NCBI RefSeq assembly: GCF_963506605.1
Contig: NC_083284.1
Location: forward strand, 30,194,001 to 30,258,000
Length of the DNA: 64,000 nucleotides
Source: Zootoca vivipara
Taxonomy: Eukaryota
Reading direction: 5' to 3'
Shown in pieces: positions 27,828 to 39,537 of the stretch. The notes under the pieces were generated by a model. It saw only the letters and a list, made by a program, of their open reading frames with translations. It searched no databases and was not told the DNA's origin. Made by a program: the position numbers and the translations under genes. Every line of letters starts with the position of its first letter. Position 1 is the stretch's first letter.

Positions 27828-27903
27828 TGCGAGATGAGCGCGCAACCCCAGAGTCGGTCACGACTGGACCTAATGGTCAGGGGTCCCTTTACCTTTACCT
27901 TTA
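27828..27903 (+). mobile_element. Sauria SINE (Squam1-like) 3' end
   Basis: gagatgagcgcgcaaccccagagtcggtcacgactggacctaatggtcaggggtcc followed by an (ACCTTT)n tail. Confidence 0.8.
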
Positions 27904-30900
27904 TTTATAAGCAATACAATGGGGCTTACTCCCAGGTAGGTGAGGTTAGAATTGCAGCTTTAGTCTTTAAAATGTCGCAAGACTTTTTCGCTCTGTGTGT
28001 AATAGATTAATGTAGCTGCCCTTCTGGAATTTTGCCTCCTCAAATGATGTCTTAAATATGATTAATAATGTGTAGTCAGACTACAAGTCATATATAAAGG
28101 CCCTAGATTGCCCAGTTCAGTCTCAATTAGCTTCATCAGCTTGTCAAAATAACCATCTAGCAATGCAGAATATCATCACACTTAAGCATTTATTAATTCT
28201 ATTTTTAGATCTACGGTTCAGGAAACCTATATTGAAAATCTCAAGGCTTTCCCTGGAATGATCTCATGGAAGTAATAAAGATTGTTGTAAACTACAGAGC
28301 TTGACAGTTGCTTTTTAAAATCTAAACCCATTATACAGGGATTTGCATCAGAATAGATAGCTATTTAATACTTTATTCACGATTTTTGACTAATAATCTC
28401 TCTCTAGCAGAAGACAATAAAGGAGCAGAATGAGGATCTAGGATGATCTTCATCCTAATAAAAGTGAGAAAAATTGGCTGCAGTCCAAAAACCATTCGCT
28501 TCAGTCACACAAACGACACTAATAGACCTACTCCAAAGTAAATAGCTTGGAGATTACAGCTACTCTTGCTTTGGATGCAATACAAAAACTTTCCCCTCCT
28601 AAATGCAGCTATTAGTTAAAAAAAAATGTGGAGCTCTGTTAAAGAACTCAGAGTAAGAGATTTATGTTCTATCTATCTATCTATCTATCATTAAAGAGTA
28701 CGGGAACATATCCAAGTGTTTGTGTTTTGTTTTTTTACATTTAATGAATAAAAAGTTGTTTGTGTGTGCATGCGTGCATGTTTTCTTGCTGGAGAGGATT
28801 GCTATCATTTCTCATAATTGTGGCAAATGGCATGGCTACCTAAGGCCTTTTTGGTAACTATATATGGAGGGCAGGAGTTACCTACTGTGACTTACAATTA
28901 AACAACTACAGTATAGGGGAATGTAAGAAATTGGTCCCGGATGAGACATAAAGCCGTATTCTATATACAGCTGTGCAGAGATGATTGGTTACAGTCCAAC
29001 TCTAGGGAAGAAAATATTAACACTTCCTTTAGTTATTGTGAGTATCATTCATGGTTGGCGATGTCAAGTCATCTTCAGATGGATGCAGATAAGGTTAATG
29101 AGCTTTTCCACCTTCATAGTTCCCATCTCACATGTCTGCTGTTTCTTTGCTGTTAAGAGCACATACACTTAACACTCTGGTTCTAAACCTTCGCACTGGA
29201 ATCACCGCCTGCAACACTAGGGTCCAAACATTTCCTGCAATGCCAGCATTACTCCTTTATTAAGTAATTAATTAAATGTATACCTTGTGCTTCCTTCCAA
29301 AAGGGCCTAAGGTGGCATCAGTTTCCATTGTGGTGCTTCACGAGCCCAACTGTTGATATGCCCCCACTCTTAGTAATAAAATCTTGGGATTAGGATGCTA
29401 AACTCATATAACTAGAAGAAACCAATGTTGTAAGGGGAGGGGGAAATGCATCTATTTTAAAAATTTACATCTATTTGAAGGTGTCATTTGATTGTTAAGA
29501 CCCCAGCAAAGAATGAGGCTTAGCATAAATTGACTCACATTCTTTGGCCTTTCTTTTGCTCCTGCTGTGGAAATTATCCCTGTATGAAACGAACTTAGAG
29601 TGATTCTGCTCTTAAGGCTGAAAAAGGGTCTCTGTTGAGTGTTCTCCTCTCCTGGTAAGATGCTTTGTTTAGGGACCTGCCCTCTTCTGCCGCCCTTATT
29701 TAATCTGTCACAATGGAGACCGATGCCCCCCAGAGGCAGGATTAGCACAGGCTGCTACTAAAAGCAGTACGTACAGTAATTTCATGAGAAACCTTTGTGA
29801 TTTATACATGTAATAGAATTAGTCGAAGAGAGTTGCTTCTCTCCCCCACCCCCTTAATTCTTTGTTAGCTGGTTGTGTCTTGGAACACTTTATAGGTTTA
29901 AACTGAAATGATTCCAAGAATGCTTGAGTTATTTTCATAGATTTGGTTCTGAGTTCTGGATTTCTCTTAAAAGATATTTGATATTCTGACAGATAGGGCA
30001 AAATAGCTGGCATGTAACTACAGTCTATTCGATATTTGCTTGTATACAAATCAGGGTGAGATAAATACCCTTAGGAAAGCAATAATAAAATAAAAGGCTA
30101 GCTTATAAATTTCATGTAATGCCAAAAGAATGCAATTGCGCATAGATTTTTCCATCAAACCAATGCACAAAGATCTGGAGCCAGTGAACATGGTGGCATT
30201 GGAGGCAGAACAAGAGTTCTACATGCATGTCCCTGCACACATTCGTAGAGCCTGTGGAGGGTAACTTTTGAAGAAAGCTCAAGTGAGACTTTGTATACAT
30301 TTGCAAACTAGAAGTTCAGTTTTGCACAAGCCTGGAATTAATCAGACTTGCAAAATTTCACAGGATTCAACATTTCCAAGTTTTGCATGATTGGACTGCT
30401 GTCTAAATAAAATTGCAAAATATACTTGGGAGCCCAAAGAAGGAAACAACTAAGGTTATTTCTTTATTTATCCATCAGCGTATTCGTTTTAAGCATACTG
30501 TTGTTGCAGGGACCACATTTCTGGTGATTATATTGAGTATGAAAGGAAATTAGAATAAAAACAATTCCAGGAAACGTCTACAATATCTACAAGCAGATGG
30601 GATCTTCCTGAACAGAGCTGTGTGCTATATATATTTTTTAATATGAGTCCATGACTTTGCATATTATGTTGTCATAAGGATTGGCAGTGAAGCGTAATAA
30701 CGTAATAAAAGGGCAGTGTGTCCAGCCAAACCCGTCTGGTTGTGATTGTGGTGGTGGTAAGCTCAACGGCAGGAAGAACAAATCAGATGCAGATGTTTTT
30801 TTCATGAAGACTTCGACGTTTATTAGGGATATGGTCCTCAAGGTGACGTTGAGAGTGTGAAAAGGGGATAAAGAATGGTGCGCGTTATAAACTGTGTCTG

Positions 30901-32453
30901 TATGTGCATTGTATATATTGACTGTCCTTGATTTCCCTGACCTGGGAATTGCTTTAGACAACTGTGCATGGAGCAGCTGTTCTGTGTGTGCAGACTTCTG
31001 TTGCATTTGGAAAGTGTGGGGTGCAGAGATTCCCTTCTTGTGCTTATGCATATGGGTACCTTCTGTAGATCTATCCGATTGCAGATCACTGAAGGCACAC
31101 ATTTCTGTTCTACCCCACAGTGAAAATGGAAATTCATCTTGTCTTATGTTGCTGTGTACCACTTTGTGGGTCTCTCTCTCTTTTTTGGTGCTATGTGTTA
31201 TTTGTTATACTGAAGTCTCTTGGCCTGAGGGGTCAGCACCCTTGAGAGTGCCCTGTGTGCTGGGAAATGTTTATGCTAACTTTTAAATTACTTTGGAAAT
31301 CTCTACAGAAGGCTGAGCTGAGCACCAGGACTGAGATTTCTTTTTCTGCAGGTGATGACTTAGACACTGATCTGCTGCTTCTTAAAGCCATCAAAAGTTT
31401 TTGTGTAATAGTTAAGACATTCTCTCAGATGGTCTTGCAATGGCCGAGGGCATCAATATTAATTTCTTTAAATAATAATAATAAAAAGATAGGGAAGTAA
31501 AGGCAGCTGCGGCAGCTGCAGCAGCTGCTAGCCTTTGGGTCACATCGTAGAGCCAGGTCCCTCGTCACTCTGGATGCATGTAAGGGGGCAGCATCAGTTA
31601 TAAAATATAGGAAGTTGTAATAATGCAGTGACAGTACACAGCTCTCTGTAAAGTCCTTAGGCATCAGCATCCACCTGTAATGTCACTCTTCTGGTTCAGG
31701 AAGGATATGAAGGGTGGGGGGAAATTCCAAGTAGAAGAAATTAAACCCAGATTGGGCCAAAGATGAATAATATTGTGGGGGGGGGATAGGAAGGAGTGAC
31801 TTTTCATAGGCCAGAGGAGAGAATATTCAGCCAGTTCTTATTCACAGCCTATAAATAATATTTAACCAAACAAAATAAATGAAGGAAAGAGGTCGTTCAT
31901 GGCTGCAGGTGTGGACTGAAGGGAGCAATGACAGGATGCTGCAGCAGGAAATGTGTATGATGTGAATTGGTAAATGTTTAATGGTTAAGACACTGAGAGG
32001 TCAGATGGATGGCTGCATTATTATCACTACCCATAACAGCTTTGACAGGGTAGCTGAAATAATACGTTGTCTCTGATAGCCTAATTCAATTTAATCTTTC
32101 TTCAGTGGCTCCACAGCTGGATCTTAGTGGCTTCCAGAGAACGACCCTTTAACTGGCAGGTGTGTTAGCAAGAAGCATAATGTTTTCCTGGCTGAACCAA
32201 ATATGAAGTTGGTTCCGCAGGATGGGTGTACAAGTCAGGATCCGAATGTTCAGCAATTTGCAAATGGTGGCTTGACAATGAAAGAATTATTGGGTGATAT
32301 CCAAGTGAGATATACTCATAAAAGAACCATTATCAATTAAGTTTAAGATTTCTGTGGCTCTACTCTGAGTACAACTGACAGTGGATATTATCCATTGCTT
32401 TTAATATGCCAGTGTCTGTACATCTGCAAGAACAGGCCTATGCCACTGATGAG

Positions 32454-32913
32454 CATAGCTGCCAAGTCCCGGTTGGAAAAATACGGGATCAGCAGCGCCG
32501 GCACTGGAAGTCGCTTCTACGCATGTCCAGACATGCGTAGAAGCGACTTCTGCCACTGGCTGCCCGCAACCCGTCACCTTAACCGACGACAGAGATCCCC
32601 TCACCTTCCCTAGACACTTGTCAGTGTCCCCAGGACCGGCGGTGGCGAGGGCTGGGGAGAGGCAAGAGAAGGAAGGGGGAGACAGAGCCGGGGATTGGAG
32701 CTGAGCCCTGAGCTGGGGGCTGACAGCAGCGGCGATCGCTCATCTACCCCGTCTGCAGCCATGACTACTGCAGCAGCAGTAGCAGCAACAGCAGCAGGAG
32801 AGAGAGGGGGAGAGAGAGAGAGAGGCTGGCGAGGGAAGAGCCCTCTCCACACACTCACACAATGTGCATGTCACAAGGCGGGGGAGGGCAGGGGAGAGGA
32901 GAGGCAGAGCGGT

Positions 32914-32948
<35 letters not shown>

Positions 32949-33325
32949 GCCCGGCTTCTCGGGGGTGGGAGAAAGCTTAGCCCTGGCTCCTTCTGAGGTG
33001 CAACTTAATCGATGAGTCGCTTGGAGGAGGGGCTCTGACTCTGGGGTAGGGAGGGGGAAGATCGTAAATGGCAGGACCGGCCTCCGAGTCACCACAGCAG
33101 CCACCGAGTGCTTCCCTCCGCCACCTCCATAGAGATCGGACCAACTCACCGCCGCTTCTAGCACATACCGAGACAGCCCCACTAACTTTATTACACAGTG
33201 CGCAGCGAAAGCGGCACCGGAAGAAATCGGGGGAATTACGGGATATTTTGCCATTCGGGATGACAGCGGGAAACGGCTTTAAAAAGGGGGGTTTCCTGGG
33301 GAAAACGGGAGACTTGGCAGCTATG
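32454..33325. mobile_element. Non-autonomous hAT-type DNA transposon carrying captured gene fragments (Pack-hAT)
   Basis: TIRs catagctgccaagtc (32454-32468) and gacttggcagctatg (33311-33325) are perfect 15-bp inverted repeats. TSD ctgatgag at 32446-32453 and 33326-33333. No transposase; interior GC/CpG-rich. Confidence 0.92.
32706..32800 (-). pseudogene. PIP4P2: Captured fragment of PIP4P2 (TMEM55A) exon 1: GCT-rich 5'UTR plus first ~19 codons
   Basis: Minus-strand ATG at 32762 gives MAADGVDERSPLLSAPSSG, versus recalled vertebrate PIP4P2 N-terminus MAADGVDERSPLLSASHSG. Similarity stops abruptly and the frame ends at TAG 32612-32610. Confidence 0.88.
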
Positions 33326-33734
33326 CTGATGAGGCAGGGTGAGGTGTCCATTTTGAGTGGCAGAAGCCCAAGAGGCAGCACCCACCTTGCCTCCTCCTCC
33401 TCCTGTCCTGCCACCTCCATCTTCAGCAGAGAAGTGGCACTGGCAGCAGCACCTGTTTCTGGCAAGATCTCATTAGATCTCATGGAGCTCACGAGATTTC
33501 TCAGACAGTCGGCACCACTGCCAATGGTTTGCAGGTGCACAACGCAGGTAATAGAGGAGAGGCCTCAGCAGCAGGGTAGCAGTAGGTGGGGGAAGCTAAT
33601 TTTGCCTCAAGCAGTCCTGAAAGGCACACAACGTATATTAGAAATAAAACATTAATTGGATTTTTCAGTGTATTAATTGTGGAAAATGCCACTTTAGAAT
33701 ATTACACCATAGGGTCTGGTTTCTCGCCCATATC

Positions 33735-33850
33735 TGAAAAGTTAATTTCAAAGGTACATTTATATAACGGAATAATAATTGATGGGGTTTGTTCCCCCCA
33801 TGTGAAAAGTTAATTTCAAAGGTACATTTATATAAAGGAATAATAATTGA
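33735..33850. repeat. Direct duplication, 48-bp core, period 68
   Basis: tgaaaagttaatttcaaaggtacatttatataa(c/a)ggaataataattga at 33735-33782 and 33803-33850. Confidence 0.9.
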
Positions 33851-33938
33851 AAAATGACTTATCTGACATTGCGCTATTTTATTCAATTTGTATCTGAAGG
33901 CATTGAAGCTCTGGTAACCCCAGCTCCATCTGCAGGTA

Positions 33939-34165
33939 CAGTGGTACCTTGGTTTAAGAACAGTCCTGTTTATGAATGATTCCGTTTACGAACTCCGCAA
34001 AACTGGAAGTAGTGTTCTGGTTTGTGAACTTTACCACGGTCTAAGAACGGAATCTGAACAATGGAAGGGCACAGGCAGCGGGAGGCCTCATTAGGGAAAA
34101 CACACCTCTATTTAAGAACAGATTCGATTTAAGAATGGACTTCAGGAACACATTAAGTTTGTAGA
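33939..34165. mobile_element. Tigger-like MITE, right end degenerate
   Basis: TA|cagtggtaccttggtttaagaac; same terminal motif as the complete copies. Confidence 0.65.
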
Positions 34166-34719
34166 CCACAAACATTTATTCCCCCAAAATGCCATTGGTT
34201 TAAAGTGCCACAAGACTTGCTGAGTCCACCCCACTCTCATGCCCCTGCCACAACAGACTAACATAGCAAACTTGTTTAACTAAAATAGTAACTGGGGGGG
34301 GGAACAACCCCAATTTTTTGTTTTGTTTTAACAATCAGTAAAAAAATGGCTAGAGTACTGTATTGGGACAGAGGCCTTTCCACACTTACCATTTACAGTG
34401 ATACAGTTTCTGTTTGAGCCAATACTTTTAAGAGCGAATTACATTTGTGTCAACAAATTTGCTTCTTTGTCTCTCTGCAAGGTCTGCAATTTTAGCCACT
34501 TTGTTTGTAACAAGGTTATCCAACGTAAGCTTTTTTAGATAAACGCTTGGCATTTGTCATGCCACTTAACAAATTCATAATATTCCTCTTCTCGCTTAGG
34601 TTCCTTCGTTGTATAGGATCTAAGCACTACAGTACATAAAAACTGCCTGAATAATGCATAAGTGTTATTTCTATTTTACCTCCAATGTATGCTGCCTATA
34701 GTCCCTGGTAGAACACCTA

Positions 34720-35054
34720 CAGTGGTACCTCGGTTTAAGTACACAATTGGTTCCAGAAGTCTGTACTTAACCTGAAGCGTATTTAACCTGAAGTGAAATT
34801 TCCCATTGAAAGTAATGGAAAGTGGATTAATCCATTCCAGACGGTCCGCGGAGTACTTAAACTAAAGCGTACTTAACCCGAAGTATGAGTGTAATTGGTT
34901 CTAGAAGTCTGTACTTAACCTGAAGCGTACTTATCCTGAAGCGAAATTTCCCATTGAAAGTAATGGAAAGTGGATTAATCCGTTCCAGACGGTCCGCCGA
35001 GTACTTAAACTGAAAGTACTCAAACCGAAGCGTACTTGAACCGAGGTATGACTG
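34720..35054. mobile_element. Tc1/mariner (Tigger-like) MITE with internal tandem duplication
   Basis: TA|cagtggtacctcggtt...aaccgaggtatgactg|TA; ~148-bp unit present twice. Confidence 0.85.
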
Positions 35055-36139
35055 TACTACATTTTTTAGAATTTGCTGTAAGAAGTTTCAAGTTGACCTG
35101 TCTTGATTTAAACCATACCTTGACTTTCATTTTTATTCTGTTGCTTTTTAGCTGGTTTTGTTGGCTGCAGTTGCCTCAGCTTTTATTGTTGCTAAACTTT
35201 TGTACAGAATATTCTTAATCTTATTCATTCCAGAATGATGTGAGCTACCCTGAGTGCTGTTTTGACAGTGGATGGGTGGGATATTTAATTACCTATTTTC
35301 AAAATAAATTACTCAGGAAGCACGTTGCCTCCAAATAACTTAAGCACCAGAGATTCCAAGCTCCACACTTTAGACTGAGCAATGCTCAAAAGCAACTCAT
35401 CTTAATCTGGTGAAAAGTTATTTGGGGAGATGATGGCAGTAGCTGAGTGATTGCACAATTGCCAGTTCCCCACATAGTCGTCATGATACACCTGTCACTA
35501 CATGAGAAACTACCTTGTAGCATATGGACAGGTTACCAGGAGAATTCACTAACCTCTGCTTCCTGGTCTTCTGGAAATTACCACTGTAGCCTGTGAGCTT
35601 CCCACGTAGTAGGGCCAACCCTCCCCTAAGGCAAGATGAAGCAGTCACTGCTGGCAGTGGAAACAGCACCCCAATGAGTGCTCTACCCATCCTGTCACCT
35701 CTGCTGCCACAGAAGTGGTGATTTCCTGTGACATCTTGTGAAGAGCATGAGATCTTGTTGAATTTTGGTGAGATCTTGCCAGAACCTCACCATCACCACC
35801 TTGCAACCTAGGTAAGGGATGCTTTGGCAGGGGCAGCACAATAACAACAGAGGGGGTGGCACTTCTCGTTTCTCCTCAAGCTGTGAAATGGGACACACTG
35901 CCACAAAGTGACTGCAGTGTGCGCCAGTGCAGAAAATATTCTGCATAATTCTGTGACGGGAGACAGCTAGGCTAGGCCTACTGACAGATCACCTTCCATT
36001 CAGGTGAAACTTCCAGCTAGTTTACATCAAGAGTGGGGAATCTTTTTCAACCCAAGGAATGTATTCCCTTGTGGGTGGGCCCAGACCAGCCAATGTGACT
36101 GTTACCTTTGTACAGTAGGCTACATTCAGTTCTACACTT

Positions 36140-36262
36140 AGGAAAAGCAGCTGCACAAATATAAGATGGGAGTCCACTGGCTTGCCAGTAGTACGTGTGA
36201 AAAGGATCCAGGGGTCTTAGTAGACCACAGGGTTAATTAACACGAGTCAACAGTGTGATGCA

Positions 36263-36302
<40 letters not shown>

Positions 36303-36893
36303 CTGGGGCTATTCTAGGCTGCCTCAACAGAAGTATAGTGTCCAGGTCAAGGGAAGTAATAGTACCACTCTATTCTGCCTTGGTCAGACCATACTTGGAA
36401 TACTGTGTCCAGTTCTGGGTGCTACAATTTAAGAAGGATATTGACAAGCTGGAATGTGTGCAGAGGACAACCAAGATAATCAAGGGTCTAGAAACCAGCC
36501 TTATGAGAAACAGTTGAGGAAACTGTGTATGCTTAGCCTGGAAAAGAGGAGACTAAGAGGAGATATGATAGCCATATTCAAATATTTAAAGGTATGTCAC
36601 ATGGAAGATGGCGAAAGCTTGTTTTCTCCTGCTCTGGGAGGGTAGGACACAAACCAATAGATTCAAGTTACAAGACAGAAGATTCTGACTAAACATCAGG
36701 AAGAACTTTCTGACAGTAAGAGTTGTTCAACAGTGGAATGGACTTCCTAGGGAGGTTATGGGCTCTCCTTCCTTTGAGTTTTTAAAACAGAGGTGGGGTG
36801 GCCATCTGTCATGGATGCTTTAGTTGAGATTCCTGCATTGCAGGGGGTTGGACTAGATGACCCTCAGGATCCCTTCCAAGTCTACAATTCTAT
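36140..36893 (+). mobile_element. 5'-truncated CR1 LINE with internal (AG)n
   Basis: ORF2 remnant [31 protein letters not shown] and 3'UTR ending cccttccaagtctacaattctatt. Confidence 0.92.
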
Positions 36894-38180
36894 TACTTTA
36901 TTAGGAGTTTCTAGGCACAGGCACCCATCCACACCTACTGCTCTGTGTCCAGACAACCAAGAAACATTGTCTCAGTTCAAGGACATATTCCAGTCAAGCA
37001 AGAGCATTCCAGGAGAGTGAGGAGCAGAGCCAGTGAAAGGTGTGGTCTAGGAAAGGAACATGGCCAAAGTCCCAAGGGCCTGATAGAGAGGCCTGGAGGC
37101 TCACAATTGCATCCCTGTATATTCTGCACAATGCAATGTGCCTAATGAAGGGGGGTGAGGATATGTTTCACTCAGTATAATGCAGCCTTTTGCACAGAAC
37201 AAAACCAGGAACCAAACTTTTTTGTGTTTATCTTCTGATGTTGGCGAAGTGTGCCTTTTCTTCTCTATCTGGGGTTTGATCACTTGTCAAACTCCGATAC
37301 AGGAGCAGATACAGATTCTTATGCCCGTTGCAAAGAGAAAAATCAAATCTCAGATGCAAATCGGATATGAATCATTAATATCCAAGTGCACTCCCCACAC
37401 GAGCAGTTTCTAACTTACATCGCCCTACTGGAATACATATAGATTTGCTGGGTCAAAGTACTAACAGTTCTTCAACGCTTTCCAGCATAATGCAATTATA
37501 CAGAACTTACTGTTAAGGAATTTATTGGTAAATGGAGGGTTCCCTGCTAAGAGTTTGCAATTTGGAACTTGTGCATTAAAAACGTCCGTTGGGGATTGGA
37601 CTGACTACAGTGAATACCGTGAAATCTGTGTTGCGAGAATAAACCAGGAAAGGTCAAAATGGTTTAACCACAAAGTGTAATAGAAATCATATGCTTTTCG
37701 ATGTTCTCAGCAGTTCCTGACTGCCCCGCCAACAGCATATTGTACCAGGGATTTCAAAAGTGTCCCTACCTTTTAATGATGAAGATTAGGCAGAGGACAT
37801 AGAGAGATTGCTACATAATTTACTTCAAACCATTTTGACTAAGATATTAATTTAGACTTCAGCCCCTGTGGTTTTTTCCAAGTACAGTATTCATGAATTT
37901 ATAAAATCAGCAAGGTCAACGTTTGCAGACAGTAGTGTTCTTAAAGCATGATCTCATGTGTGTGCGCTTGGAATTAAGTTGTACTCCTGTTTCCAGTGGG
38001 TATTAGCCAGGTGTATAAGATTGCAATATTAATCTGTTGACATTGGCTTGGTTCAAGAGTTGCCCTTCCATTGACCATAAAAAAGGTTGGCAAGAGATTG
38101 GCAAGACATAAAGATGTGTCTTTATTATTATTATTATTATTATTTGTAAAGAGGGCAACTCAACAAACAGTGGAGTGAAT

Positions 38181-38184
<4 letters not shown>

Positions 38185-38234
<50 letters not shown>
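38185..38234. repeat. Compound (CT)n(CA)n microsatellite
   Basis: Directly visible. Confidence 0.9.
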
Positions 38235-38304
38235 ACCCCTTCTTCAAATTCAGTGGGACATCTCTGTAATGTGAGGGCTTCATTTAGAACTGCTAGATGC
38301 TCTG

Positions 38305-39537
38305 ATCATAAAATCATAGAATTATAGAGTTGGAAGAGACCACAAGGGCCATCCAGTCCAACCCCCTGCCCTAGCAGGAAACACCATCAAAGCATTCTTG
38401 ACATATGCCTGTCAAGCCTCTGCTTAAAGACCTCCAAAGAAGGAGATTCCACCACACTCCTTGGTAGCAAATTCCACTGCCGAACAGCTCTTACTGTCAG
38501 GAAGTTCTTCCTAATGTTTAGGTGGAATCTTCTTTCTTGTAGTTTGAATCCATTGCTCCGTGTCCGCTTCTCTGGAGCAGCAGAAAACAACCTTTCTCCC
38601 TCCTCTATATGACATCCTTTTATATATTTGAACATGGCTATCATATCACCCCTTAACCTTCTCTTCTCCAGGCTAAACATACCCAGCTCCCTAAGCCATT
38701 CCTCATAAGGCATCGTTTCCAGGCCTTTGACCATTTTGATTGTCCTCTTTTGGACACATTCCAGCTCGTCAGTATCCTTCTTGAACTGTGGTGCCCAGAA
38801 CTGGACACTACTCCAGGAGAGGTCTGATCAGAGCAGAATACAGTGGTACTATTACTTCCCTTGATCTAGATTCTATACAATTGCATTGACTTTTTAAGCT
38901 GCTGCATCACACTGCTGACTCATGTCAAGTTTGTGATCTACCAAGACTCCTAGATCCTTTTCACATGTACTGCTCTCAAGCCAGGTGTCACCCATCCTGT
39001 ATTTGTGCCTTTCATTTTTTTGCCCAAGTGTAGTACTTTACATTTCTCCTTGTTGAAATTCATCTTGTTTGCTTTGGCCCAGTTGTCTAATCTGTTAAGG
39101 TCATTTTGAAGTGTGATCCTGTCCTCTGGGATATTAGCTACCCCTCCCAATTTGGTGTCATCTGCAAACTTGATCAGGATGCCCATCATCCAAGTCATTG
39201 ATAAAGATGTTGAATAAGACTGGGCCCAAGACAGAACCCTGTAGCACCCCACTAGTCACTACTCTCCAGGATGAGAAGGAGCCTTTGATGAGCACCCTTT
39301 GGGTTCGGTCAGTCAGCCAGTTACAAATCCACTGAATGGTAGCATCGTCTAGCCCGCATTTTACCAGCTTCTTTACAAGAATATCATGGGGCACCTTGTC
39401 AAAGGCCTTGCTGAAATCAAGATAGGCTACATCCACAGCATTCCCTTCATCTACCAGGCTTGTAATTCTGTCAAAAAATGAGGTCAGATTAGTCTGACAT
39501 GACTTATTTTTCAGAAACCATGCTGACTTTTAGTGAT
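38305..39537 (-). mobile_element. 5'-truncated CR1 LINE with frameshifted reverse transcriptase
   Basis: Minus-strand peptides [48 protein letters not shown] and [13 protein letters not shown]; ttctatgatt-type tail at ~38305. Confidence 0.95.

Noticed and set aside
32610-32858. Functional PIP4P2 gene or processed pseudogene
   Set aside because: Only ~19 codons match; no later exons and no poly(A); bounded by DNA-transposon TIRs and a TSD.
32977-33655. Overlapping 187-aa and 195-aa ORFs
   Set aside because: Both run across the transposon's right TIR/TSD into unrelated flank; explained by high GC, with no protein similarity recognised.
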